From Candidatus Electronema halotolerans (GTDB taxonomy: Bacteria; Desulfobacterota; Desulfobulbia; Desulfobulbales; Desulfobulbaceae), in the NCBI GenBank assembly GCA_942493095.1, contig OW818675.1:1890001-1922000 (forward strand): a stretch of DNA of 32,000 bases, given 5' to 3'. Positions 1 to 7,347 of this stretch are shown in pieces. The notes beneath the pieces are model-generated. The model worked only from the letters and a program-made list of their open reading frames with translations, did not search any database and was not told where the DNA came from. Every line of letters begins with the position of its first letter. Positions within the stretch are counted from its first letter, which is position 1. The position numbers and the translations under genes were made by a program.

Positions 1-115
1 ATTTTCCCGGCTGTCCCTGTGTCTGCCATGAAGATATTGTCCCGTGGCAGTGCTGGATATCCTATCTGCGGGCAACAGCATGAGCAATTTCACAATCAGG
101 AGGCGCAGGAAACGA

Positions 116-484
116 ATGAGTGATTTTTTGCAGCTCCGGCTGCTGCCGGGCGGTCAGGCGGTTCCGGCCAGCCCGGAAGGCAAGTTGAACTGCTGGGAAT
201 TCAGAAAGTGCGGTCGCGAGCCGGGCGGCGCAAACGCCTCTCATGCCGGAACCTGTCCGGCGGCAGTTGAAGCGCGGGCGGACGGCATTCACAGCGGCAT
301 GAACGGCGGACGCTGCTGCTGGGCTGTGACCGCCGCCCTGCGGCAGCAGGGTATCTGTTTGGACCAGTGTGGCGGCGACTGTGATGGCTGTGATTTTTAT
401 CGCTTGGTCAGGAACGAGGAGGAGCAGCGGCTGGTGCTCAGGCATATCCGGCCTGCCGCCCTGCTCAGAAGCAAGATGTTCTGA
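116..484 (+). CDS. Small Cys-rich protein with a two-CW-type domain (122 aa from this start)
   Basis: Lies in ORF 44..484. The ATG at 116 is preceded by AGGAGG (98-103) and AGGAA (107-111); position 44 is a GTG and the ATG at 80 has no SD. The protein carries NCWEFRKCGRE, then TCPA, NGGRCCW and C-x3-C-x2-C-x2-C-DFY, 9 Cys in total. As I recall it, this matches the two-CW domain pattern (CWEFxxCGRE ... GGxxCW ... CxxCxFY). There is no signal peptide and no attached sensor or kinase domain. Confidence 0.6.
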   Translation: MSDFLQLRLLPGGQAVPASPEGKLNCWEFRKCGREPGGANASHAGTCPAAVEARADGIHSGMNGGRCCWAVTAALRQQGICLDQCGGDCDGCDFYRLVRNEEEQRLVLRHIRPAALLRSKMF

Positions 485-512
485 GGCAAGTCAGCAGAAG
501 GCCGGACCGCTC

Positions 513-1583
513 TCAGAGCTTCAGCACCAGCACGTCCGCCAGCCAGCCTGCGTAGCTGCTCCTGATCATCTCGGTCAGGGCGGCATGGTTGTTGACCGTG
601 ATGTTCAGGCTGCTGACAGCGGAACCGGCAAAGCCGGGCAGGGTGTATTCTCCGTCAGCAGTTGCGGTGACGACATCGCCTGCCGCGCCGTCCTCCTGCA
701 TATCCAGCAGACCGAGGCGCAGGCGGCTGTCCGCCGGATCCAGCCCCGCCTGAACACGCAAGGTCTCATCCGCAGTCAAGCTGCCGCCGGTGACAGTCAC
801 ATAAGGGGCGGTCGCGTTGTTGGTCAGGATGCCGACCTCCATATTCGGATGGTCAAAACCGGTCACAGTCAGGGGCGAGCGCAGCTTGCGGCGGCAAGTG
901 CCGGTGCGGAGTGTGCCATGCGCGGTGTAGCGGGTGCTGAGGGAAAGGATGTATTCATTGTTCCACGGCGCATCTTGGGCCGGGATGTGCGGCACCAGCA
1001 AGACTTCACTGTTGCTGACAGAGGCGAACTGGCTCTGCACCGCCCTGCCGCTGCGGGTCCCTTCGATCACGCAGCCGCAGTCCGGGGCAGTCCGATCAAA
1101 GTCGAGATTGCTGCCGGTCAGCCGGAGCACGCCGTCCGGGTTGAGAACATTGTTCAGCTTGAGCACCGTGTCTTCCGCCGAACTGATCACGGGCAGTTTT
1201 TCTTCGGCAGACACACGTTCTATGTGAACTTGCCGCCCAACCTCTTTGACAAGGGTGCGCGAAGCCGAGACCTTGACCCGCAGCATGTCCTCAACCGGCG
1301 GCAGCGGGTCGTCCGGCTCGTCCAGACGGACATTGAAGGAAAGGCTGTAGCTGAAGGCATTTTTCAGCGTGACCTTATTGCCGTTGACAAGCTGCTTCAT
1401 GATCATCTTGTCCCGCGCCATCAGCACTGCTTTGATCATTTCCTCGTCCCAGAGCGGATTGTCCCGCGCCATTTCCGCAGCCAGTTCATCATAGCCGAGG
1501 ACATTCCGCGCTATGAAGCGCAAGTTGTAGGACGGAGGCACGGTCATGGCGTTCGGTTCGGGCCGGCATAGGATAGTGTTCAT
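513..1583 (-). CDS. HU-like DNA-binding domain protein with DUF4469-like Ig-fold region (356 aa)
   Basis: Lies in ORF 513..1670. I prefer the ATG at 1583 because GGAGA sits 7 nt upstream, and the longer start would fall inside the predicted promoter. The N-terminus (YNLRFIARNVLGYDELAAEMA...MIKAVLMA...LVNGNKVTLKNAFSYSLSF) has the layout of bacterial HU/CCDC81-type domains. The middle part (PVISSAEDTVLKLNNVLNPDGVLRLTGSNLDFDRTAPDCGCVI...SNSEVLLVPHIP...YILSLSTRY) resembles DUF4469. The assignment is from memory of the family patterns, not from a search. Confidence 0.6.
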   Translation of the reverse strand: MNTILCRPEPNAMTVPPSYNLRFIARNVLGYDELAAEMARDNPLWDEEMIKAVLMARDKMIMKQLVNGNKVTLKNAFSYSLSFNVRLDEPDDPLPPVEDMLRVKVSASRTLVKEVGRQVHIERVSAEEKLPVISSAEDTVLKLNNVLNPDGVLRLTGSNLDFDRTAPDCGCVIEGTRSGRAVQSQFASVSNSEVLLVPHIPAQDAPWNNEYILSLSTRYTAHGTLRTGTCRRKLRSPLTVTGFDHPNMEVGILTNNATAPYVTVTGGSLTADETLRVQAGLDPADSRLRLGLLDMQEDGAAGDVVTATADGEYTLPGFAGSAVSSLNITVNNHAALTEMIRSSYAGWLADVLVLKL

Positions 1584-1641
1584 AGCGATTCTCCAATTGA
1601 ATTCAACTGCTTGATACTTCCGACAATATTCCTGACTCAGC

Positions 1642-1670
1642 AGCTTACGGAGGCGGCGGGGTTTTGTCAA
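1642..1670 (-). promoter_or_regulatory. Candidate sigma70 promoter of the HU-like gene (TTGACA-17-TAAGCT on the minus strand)
   Basis: On the minus strand the sequence reads TTGACA (1670..1665), a 17-nt spacer, then TAAGCT (1647..1642). It lies about 55 nt upstream of the ATG at 1583. Confidence 0.4.
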
Positions 1671-1700
1671 GCCTATTTTTTTCCGTCCTGGCAGCCAGTG

Positions 1701-1861
1701 TCTTGTCAGACAAGTCCCAAGGCAGTTGTCAAGAAACTCCTTTGGGAGTTATCAGAGAACTGACTAAGGAGTTGTGAAGAAACTGCCAAGGGACTTGTCA
1801 GACAACTTGCCGGGCAGTTGCCAAGCAACTCGCTGGTGAGTTCCGCAGCAGAATCCTTGCT
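1701..1861. repeat. Seven head-to-tail 23-bp units, each with a 15-bp imperfect dyad (consensus about AGTTGTC-N-GACAACT plus an 8-bp spacer)
   Basis: Units read off the sequence at exact 23-bp phasing: 1701 TCTTGTCAGACAAGTCCCAAGGC; 1724 AGTTGTCAAGAAACTCCTTTGGG; 1747 AGTTATCAGAGAACTGACTAAGG; 1770 AGTTGTGAAGAAACTGCCAAGGG; 1793 ACTTGTCAGACAACTTGCCGGGC; 1816 AGTTGCCAAGCAACTCGCTGGTG; 1839 AGTTCCGCAGCAGAATCCTTGCT. The last unit is the most degenerate. The array is non-coding and lies between divergent genes. Confidence 0.85.
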
Positions 1862-1999
1862 GTGTCCGCGTCTTTCAGCCAGCTATAAACACAGGAACTC
1901 TCTTCCCAGAAAAAGCGTAAAAAAGCGTTGATCTTTCCGCCTGTCAGTGCTTGTCTTATCGCAGGAGCTTGTATTTTCATCAACAAATGGAGGAGAACC

Positions 2000-2482
2000 A
2001 TGAAAACGCTTTTTGGGATGACTGCTGCCATGCTGCTGGTTGTGACGATGCTTTTTGTGGCCTTGCCGGGGAGGGCGGTGGCTGAAGAACCTGTTGCAGG
2101 GGACGCTTGCAATCCTCAAATTGATAGACCTGTTATAAAAAGATTCCCTATCTCAACGCTATGCTGTATTAACAGTACAACAATTGGCCTATGTAACCAA
2201 ATAAGATTGATATGCAGACGAGTGTCTTTAGTGTCAAATATTGGACAATGGGTACAAGTTGGAAATCAAACACCTGATACAGGAACAAGAGAATGCAAAG
2301 ATGGAGAGATATGTCAAAATGGACACTGCGTCTGTCCGCCAGCAGGCAAGATGCTGCAAGTAATGTCAGGTGCTCAAAAAGCCTGTGGATGCACGGCCTG
2401 TAATGAGTGTGAAAGATGTGTTAATAAAAGCTGTGTGCCTATTAAGAACGTCAGTCCATCCAGCCCACAATGTATCGAATGA
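2000..2482 (+). CDS. Secreted Cys-rich protein (160 aa, 16 Cys in the mature part), function unknown
   Basis: Lies in ORF 1928..2482. The ATG at 2000 is preceded by GGAGGAG (1989-1995). The signal peptide is MKTLFGMTAAMLLVVTMLFVALPGRAVA. The mature part has 16 Cys, including an EGF/knottin-like run CKDGEICQNGHCVCP and CGCTACNECERCVNKSC. GC is low: one 60-nt line I counted at 2161-2220 was 35%. Confidence 0.7.
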   Translation: MKTLFGMTAAMLLVVTMLFVALPGRAVAEEPVAGDACNPQIDRPVIKRFPISTLCCINSTTIGLCNQIRLICRRVSLVSNIGQWVQVGNQTPDTGTRECKDGEICQNGHCVCPPAGKMLQVMSGAQKACGCTACNECERCVNKSCVPIKNVSPSSPQCIE

Positions 2483-2496
2483 GACATTTGAACCTC

Positions 2497-2520
2497 GTTC
2501 CCACGCTCCAGCGTGGGAAC
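2497..2520 (+). terminator. Perfect 10-bp stem / 4-nt loop hairpin after the Cys-rich gene (REP-like element or weak terminator)
   Basis: GTTCCCACGC-TCCA-GCGTGGGAAC begins 15 nt after the stop codon. No T-run follows, so it may be a palindromic repeat element rather than a classical intrinsic terminator. Confidence 0.4.
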
Positions 2521-2653
2521 GCAAGGTACCCAGACTCTTTTCACCTGTTTTTCATGTCAGCCTAACACGTTTCTAATATTTGCCAAGTACGCTTGGACAG
2601 CAAAGAATATGCAGGTTCCCTGCGCGGCAAGGCAACCAGCGCACAGCCCCGCG

Positions 2654-2682
2654 TTGTGCTGCGCAGGGAAACCTGATATAAT
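2654..2682 (+). promoter_or_regulatory. Candidate extended -10 sigma70 promoter for porin 1
   Basis: TTGTGC (2654-2659), a 17-nt spacer with TG at 2674-2675, then TATAAT (2677-2682), 74 nt upstream of the ATG at 2756. The spacer overlaps the right arm of a long-range inverted repeat, GGTTCCCTGCGC 2614-2625 with GCGCAGGGAAACC 2661-2673. Confidence 0.45.
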
Positions 2683-2755
2683 TTGTTATAAGAAACGGCG
2701 TAGAGGAACCGCCGGGTTGCGAAGAACTTTTTAAAAATGAAAAGGAGAGGAAGAG

Positions 2756-3910
2756 ATGAAGGGAATACAGGTGAAAGGCACGATCAGTGTCTTGGCCGCA
2801 GCCATGCTGCTTGGCACCGCAGTCAATGCTTCGGCATTGGATATTCAGTCCGGCAGCGACAAAGTGGAACTGAAGCTGAAAGGGCATCTCAACCGGGCGG
2901 TCATGTTTGCTGATGACGGCAAGGACAGCAAAGTGTTTCACGTTGACAACACCAACTCGGAAAGTCGGGTCGGGCTGTTCGGCAAAGTCAAGGCTTCCGA
3001 GAAGTTGACCATTGGCGGCAATTTTGAGCTGCAATGGCAGTCCAATCCTTCGGACAAGGTCTCAATGGAAGAGGAGAGCGTTGCCGGAGAATTCATTGAC
3101 CGAGCAATGGAAGTGTATTTTGATGTGAAACAGTTCGGCAAGTTGTCCTTGGGCAAGGGCAAAATGGCCTCAGATGAGAGTGTCGAGGTTGATCTGTCCG
3201 GCACAGATTTGGCTGGCAATGTCGGCGTGGCTGATGTGGGCGGCAACCTCAAATTCAATGGCCCGGCCTCGCTTGATCCGACAGTTGATGCGGACGGCAA
3301 TGTTGTGGATAAACGGCTCTCTGTCGGCAATGTCTTTGATCAGATGGACGGGTTGAGCAAGAAAAACCGGGTGCGCTATGACTCGCCCGCGTTTGCTGGC
3401 TTCAGTTTGAGTGCGTCCGCAGGGGAAAAGGACATGGCCGATGCCACCCTGAGATATTCCGGCGAGTTCAGCGGCGCCAAACTGCAAGGCGCGCTGGCTT
3501 TTGTCAATCCTGGCAGCGGCAAGGAGTACAGCCAGATTGACGGCTCGCTGTCCGCGCTGTTCGATTTTGGCCTCAACCTCACCGTTGCCTCTGGCAGCCG
3601 CAGCATGGACAATCTGCCCGCAGGCGGCGATGATCCGGTGTACAGCTACGGCAAGATCGGCTGGAAATGCGACAAGCTGCTGCCCTACGGCTCCACTGCG
3701 GTGTCTGTCGATTACGGGGTCTATGAGAACGTCAAGCATCAGGACAAGGGCGAGGAAGGCACTGCCTACGGTGTTCAGCTCGTGCAGAAGCTGTCTGACT
3801 GGAACACCGAGCTGTTTGCCGCCTATCGCAATTTTGCGCTTGATGACGACAGCGGCGCATCCTACGATGACATTTCGCTGGTCATGACTGGTGCCCGGCT
3901 CAAGTTCTGA
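2756..3910 (+). CDS. Outer-membrane porin (paralog 1, 384 aa)
   Basis: SD GGAGAGGAAGAG lies upstream. The signal peptide ends in ASA-LD. The sequence shows an alternating beta-strand pattern and ends in a C-terminal Phe (ARLKF), as expected for a beta-barrel outer-membrane protein. It aligns along its full length with the next gene. Confidence 0.8.
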   Translation: MKGIQVKGTISVLAAAMLLGTAVNASALDIQSGSDKVELKLKGHLNRAVMFADDGKDSKVFHVDNTNSESRVGLFGKVKASEKLTIGGNFELQWQSNPSDKVSMEEESVAGEFIDRAMEVYFDVKQFGKLSLGKGKMASDESVEVDLSGTDLAGNVGVADVGGNLKFNGPASLDPTVDADGNVVDKRLSVGNVFDQMDGLSKKNRVRYDSPAFAGFSLSASAGEKDMADATLRYSGEFSGAKLQGALAFVNPGSGKEYSQIDGSLSALFDFGLNLTVASGSRSMDNLPAGGDDPVYSYGKIGWKCDKLLPYGSTAVSVDYGVYENVKHQDKGEEGTAYGVQLVQKLSDWNTELFAAYRNFALDDDSGASYDDISLVMTGARLKF

Positions 3911-4011
3911 GACGCGCCCGCTCCTTGTTTCTTGTAGAAAAAAAGCCTGTGCTGAAGTATAATTACAAGGGAATTGCTTGAGCACAACCAATTTTTCACA
4001 AGAGGAAAGAG

Positions 4012-5166
4012 ATGAAAAACAGACAATTGCCAGCTGCCACCATCAGTTTGGCCACTGCCGCGCTGCTTGTCGCGGCAGCCAGCGTTTCAGCTTTGGAAAT
4101 CAAATCCGGCAGCGACAAGGTTGACTTGCAGCTGAAAGGTCATATCAACCGTGCCCTGATGTATGCGGATGACGGCGATGAGAGCAAGGTCTTCCATGTT
4201 GACAACACCAATTCTGAAAGCAGAATCGGTCTGTACGGCAAGGTCAAGGCCTCGGACAACATAGCCGTGGGCGGCACTTTTGAGGTGCAGTGGCAGGCCA
4301 ATCCCTCGGACAAGGTCTCTATGGAGGAGGAAACCATCTCCGGCGAATTCAAAGAGCGGATCATGGAGGTCTGGTTCGCTCCCAAGGGATTGGGGAAATT
4401 CTCTTTGGGACGCGGCAATATGGCCTCGAATGACAGCTCGGAAGTTGACCTGTCCGGCACGGATTTAGCAGGCAATGTCGGTGTGGCTGATGTTGGCGGC
4501 GGCATTAAATTTCACGATCCAGCGGCGGCAGCTCCGGCCTTGGATGAGAACGGGGAGCCTGTCGATGACCGTCTCGCCGTGAGCAATGTGTTTGATCAGA
4601 TGGACGGCCTGAGCCGGAGAAACCGGGTCCGCTATGACACACCGGATTTTGCCGGTTTCAGCTTGGGAGTCTCGGCAGGTGAGCAGGAGATGGTCGATGC
4701 GACCTTGCTCTATTCTCAGGACTTTGGCTTGGCAAAATTGAAGGCGGCCTTGGCATGGTCCAATCCCGGCGATGACAAAGACTACAGCCAGATCAACGGC
4801 TCGGCTTCACTGCTGTTCAACTGCGGCTTCAACCTGACTGCCGCAGGCGGGACCCGCGACTTGGACGACATGCCTGCGGGCGGTGATGATCCGACCTTCA
4901 TGTACGGCAAGGCTGGCTATATTTTTGGCCAGCTCGTGCCGGTCGGCTCCACAGCGGTTTCTGTTGACTACGGCGTGTATGAGAACGTCAAAAAACAGGA
5001 CATTGGCCAGAAAGGCACGGCAGCCGGGGTGCAGCTTGTCCAGAAGCTCTCTGACTGGAACACTGAGCTGTTCACAGCCTACCGGGCATATCAACTGGAA
5101 GATGACACCACGGCGGATTATGACGACATCAATCTCGTCTTAGGCGGTGCCCGCTTCAAGTTCTGA
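4012..5166 (+). CDS. Outer-membrane porin (paralog 2, 384 aa)
   Basis: It has the same length and block structure as 2756..3910, for example SGSDKV-L-LKGH-NRA-M-ADDG, FHVDNTNSESR-GL-GKVKAS and QLVQKLSDWNTELF-AYR. It has a signal peptide and ends in ARFKF. A TATAAT at 3958-3963 lies 49 nt upstream, but I found no good -35. Confidence 0.8.
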   Translation: MKNRQLPAATISLATAALLVAAASVSALEIKSGSDKVDLQLKGHINRALMYADDGDESKVFHVDNTNSESRIGLYGKVKASDNIAVGGTFEVQWQANPSDKVSMEEETISGEFKERIMEVWFAPKGLGKFSLGRGNMASNDSSEVDLSGTDLAGNVGVADVGGGIKFHDPAAAAPALDENGEPVDDRLAVSNVFDQMDGLSRRNRVRYDTPDFAGFSLGVSAGEQEMVDATLLYSQDFGLAKLKAALAWSNPGDDKDYSQINGSASLLFNCGFNLTAAGGTRDLDDMPAGGDDPTFMYGKAGYIFGQLVPVGSTAVSVDYGVYENVKKQDIGQKGTAAGVQLVQKLSDWNTELFTAYRAYQLEDDTTADYDDINLVLGGARFKF

Positions 5167-5180
5167 GTTCTCCTGCCTCT

Positions 5181-5208
5181 GCTGAAGATGCTGCCCGGCA
5201 TCTTCAGC
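5181..5208 (+). terminator. Hairpin after porin 2 (11-bp stem)
   Basis: GCTGAAGATGC-TGCCCG-GCATCTTCAGC begins 15 nt after the stop codon. The downstream sequence becomes T-rich only after about 10 nt. Confidence 0.4.
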
Positions 5209-5241
5209 CCTGCCGCTGTTTCCATTCTTTAACCCTGCATC

Positions 5242-5931
5242 ATGGCAAAAGAAAAAATCCTGCTGGTCGAGGATGCCGAGGACATTCTCGAATTGGTCCG
5301 CTACAATCTGAGCAAGGAAGGCTGGCAGGTGCGCTGCGCCATGTCCGGTGAAGATGCGCTGGCCGCCGTGCGTGAGCATGACGTTGACTTGGTCCTGTTG
5401 GACATCATGCTGCCTGGCATGGATGGGTATGAGGTCTGCCGCCGCCTGCGCCGCGATCCGTCTGCCGCGCATCTGCCAGTGATCATGCTGACCGCCAAAA
5501 GCGAGGAGACCGACATGGTGGTCGGCTTGGAGCTGGGCGCGGATGACTACGTGACCAAACCGTTCAGCCCCCGCGTCCTCATTGCCCGCATCAAGGCGGT
5601 GCTGCGCCGAAGGGAGCCGGGCGGGCAGGCAGCGGATGTTCTCAACCTCGGCGAGCTGCGGATTGACCGCTCCCGCCACGAGGTGCGCGTCAAAGGCGAG
5701 CCAGTGCGCCTGACTGCGACCGAGTTCGGCATTCTCCTCTGTCTGGCCCTGCGGCCCGGCTGGGTCTTCAGCCGCTATCAGATTGTCGAGGCTGTGCGGG
5801 GCGGAGATTACAGCGTCACAGACCGGGCCGTGGATGTGCAGATTGTCGGACTGCGGAAAAAGCTGGGTGAACTGGGCAGCTGCATTGAAACCGTGCGCGG
5901 GGTGGGCTACCGCTTCAGCGATCAAGGATGA
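5242..5931 (+). CDS. OmpR/PhoB-family response regulator (receiver plus winged-helix domain)
   Basis: Receiver motifs are ILLVEDAEDI and LVLLDIMLPGMDG. LTAKSEETDMVVGLELGADDYVTKPFSPRVLIARIKAVLRR is very PhoB-like. The C-terminus has LTATEFGIL...VDVQIVGLRKKL...IETVRGVGYRF. No histidine kinase gene is adjacent. Confidence 0.9.
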   Translation: MAKEKILLVEDAEDILELVRYNLSKEGWQVRCAMSGEDALAAVREHDVDLVLLDIMLPGMDGYEVCRRLRRDPSAAHLPVIMLTAKSEETDMVVGLELGADDYVTKPFSPRVLIARIKAVLRRREPGGQAADVLNLGELRIDRSRHEVRVKGEPVRLTATEFGILLCLALRPGWVFSRYQIVEAVRGGDYSVTDRAVDVQIVGLRKKLGELGSCIETVRGVGYRFSDQG

Positions 5932-5946
5932 GCAGGCAAGGCTGCC

Positions 5947-6249
5947 TCACCGCCTGCCCCAGACTGGATCGCCGCCAAAGCGGCCTGTCCACCAGTCCTG
6001 CTCAGAGAGATGCCGTTCCAGCTCCTCCGGGGCAAAGGAATACTTGTACTGGCTGCAATAGCGCAGAATCACAGCGTGAGCGGCATTGATCTTCCGGGTC
6101 ATCTCATTGCATTCCGCCGGATCGCCGCTGCCTTTGTCCGGGTGCCACTGCTTGAGCAGCTCGTGGTAGGCCGCCTTGATCTCGGCCATTGAGGCCCGCT
6201 CCGGCAGACCAAGCACAGCCTGCGCCGCAGCAATTTCCTTGCTGTTCAT
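5947..6249 (-). CDS. J-domain (DnaJ-like) protein, 100 aa
   Basis: The sequence AYHELLKQWHPDKG carries the HPD motif. The start codon overlaps the stop of the upstream methyltransferase gene (ATGA at 6246-6249). Confidence 0.8.
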   Translation of the reverse strand: MNSKEIAAAQAVLGLPERASMAEIKAAYHELLKQWHPDKGSGDPAECNEMTRKINAAHAVILRYCSQYKYSFAPEELERHLSEQDWWTGRFGGDPVWGRR

Positions 6250-6881
6250 GGCTTCCTGCCCCGGATGACCACGAACAGCCCTTGGCCGTGTCCCTCTTGG
6301 ATCAGCTCCTGCGCTGTGACCGCAGCCGCGTCCTGAAAAATGGTCTGGCAGCAGCGGAACTCGGTCAAGCCTGCCTCCCGCAGCAGGTCAAGAACCGCGT
6401 CAGCAGGGTGAAAAGTCGCCTGCCGGTAAAAAAGACTTTCCTTCTTGCGGGCGGCATAGACCTGCCCCAGCGGGCTGCTGCGGTCCAGCATGGCTATCAG
6501 CATCAGGCCGCCCGGCCTGAGCACCCGCGCCGCCTCCTGCACGGCCTGCCGCGCCTCATGGACAAAACAGAGCACTGTCACCATCAGGACAAGGTCGGCG
6601 GCGGCATTGCGGAAAGGCAGGGCCTCGGCTGCGCCGCTGATGATGCTGATGCCCCGCTGCCGGGCCAAGGCCGCCATTGCCGCGCATGGCTCCACGCCGA
6701 CTTGGATGCCGAGCGGCCCGGCAAAGCGGCCTGTGCCTGCGCCGACCTCCACGCCCAAGCCGCAGCCTGTGGCTGGCAGCAGATGACGCACTGCCCGCAG
6801 CTCGGCCTCATAAGCCAAGCGATTTTCGTCAAACCAGCAGTCATAGCGCAGGGCGTGCTCCTGATATGGCCCGATCTTCAT
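6246..6881 (-). CDS. Class I SAM-dependent methyltransferase, 211 aa
   Basis: Motif I is GVEVGAGTGRFA, with a later LRPGGLMLI motif. The start at 6881 abuts the stop of the upstream CGGC gene at 6882. Confidence 0.8.
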   Translation of the reverse strand: MKIGPYQEHALRYDCWFDENRLAYEAELRAVRHLLPATGCGLGVEVGAGTGRFAGPLGIQVGVEPCAAMAALARQRGISIISGAAEALPFRNAAADLVLMVTVLCFVHEARQAVQEAARVLRPGGLMLIAMLDRSSPLGQVYAARKKESLFYRQATFHPADAVLDLLREAGLTEFRCCQTIFQDAAAVTAQELIQEGHGQGLFVVIRGRKP

Positions 6882-7214
6882 TTAGTGGGTGTAGTCAAGG
6901 ATGGGAATGTCCGGCCCCAGCTTTTTGGCCACCGCCGCCCTCATCAGTTCATAGTGCGGACAGACCATGCCGAGCGGCTTGCCCTGACTGATGCAGGAGG
7001 CAAAGGCAATGGCCTCCGCGCCCCGGTCAACCATGACTTTGGCCCGCGCCACAGCCCGTTTGCCCGGACAGCCGCCGCAGCTGACAAAGCCGACAATCTC
7101 TGCCGGGCCAAGCGGCTCAAAGCCCAGCTCGCCCATTGGCGCGACCTTGAAGTCTGTAGTGCCCGGACAGATGTCCTCGGTTTCCTGACAGCGGATGATG
7201 CCAACTTTCTTCAT
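6882..7214 (-). CDS. CGGC-domain protein, 110 aa
   Basis: Lies in ORF 6882..7343. The ATG at 7214 has AGGAGG 6 nt upstream. The protein starts MKKVGIIRCQ and contains VSCGGCPGKRAV and ASCISQG, the CGGC-domain pattern. Confidence 0.7.
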   Translation of the reverse strand: MKKVGIIRCQETEDICPGTTDFKVAPMGELGFEPLGPAEIVGFVSCGGCPGKRAVARAKVMVDRGAEAIAFASCISQGKPLGMVCPHYELMRAAVAKKLGPDIPILDYTH

Positions 7215-7347
7215 AGTTTCCTCCTGTTGCTTGCGCGCTGCATATCTGCTGCGCTGGTTGGATTCTTTCCTGTTAAGCTGCGGGACGCGGTGCTGGTCAC
7301 TTGATGAATTCAGGATTGCCAACCTTTTCGCGTTGGAACACAATGAA

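Noticed and set aside
369-1571. 400-aa plus-strand ORF
   Set aside because: It is the antisense shadow of the HU-like/DUF4469-like gene in GC-rich DNA. Its composition is Arg/Ala/Gly-rich and low in complexity, it has no SD, and I recognise no motifs.
1701-1861. CRISPR array interpretation of the 23-bp repeats
   Set aside because: The units abut directly with no unique spacers, they are degenerate, and no cas genes are present.
3935-3963. Full sigma70 promoter for porin 2
   Set aside because: TATAAT (3958-3963) is perfect, but the only TTG-type -35 (TTGTAG) lies 20 nt away. I kept it as a note in the feature evidence rather than calling it as a promoter.
3170-3991. 273-aa minus-strand ORF, with similar antisense ORFs at 2938..3330 and 4140..4505
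   Set aside because: It lies opposite the porin genes, which have clear signal peptides, beta-barrel termini and paralog support. These are shadow ORFs.
5140-5925. 261-aa minus-strand ORF
   Set aside because: It lies entirely antisense to the unmistakable response-regulator gene.
6189-7304. 371-aa plus-strand ORF
   Set aside because: It spans three well-supported minus-strand genes (J-domain, methyltransferase, CGGC). It is Arg/Ala/Pro-rich and has no motifs.
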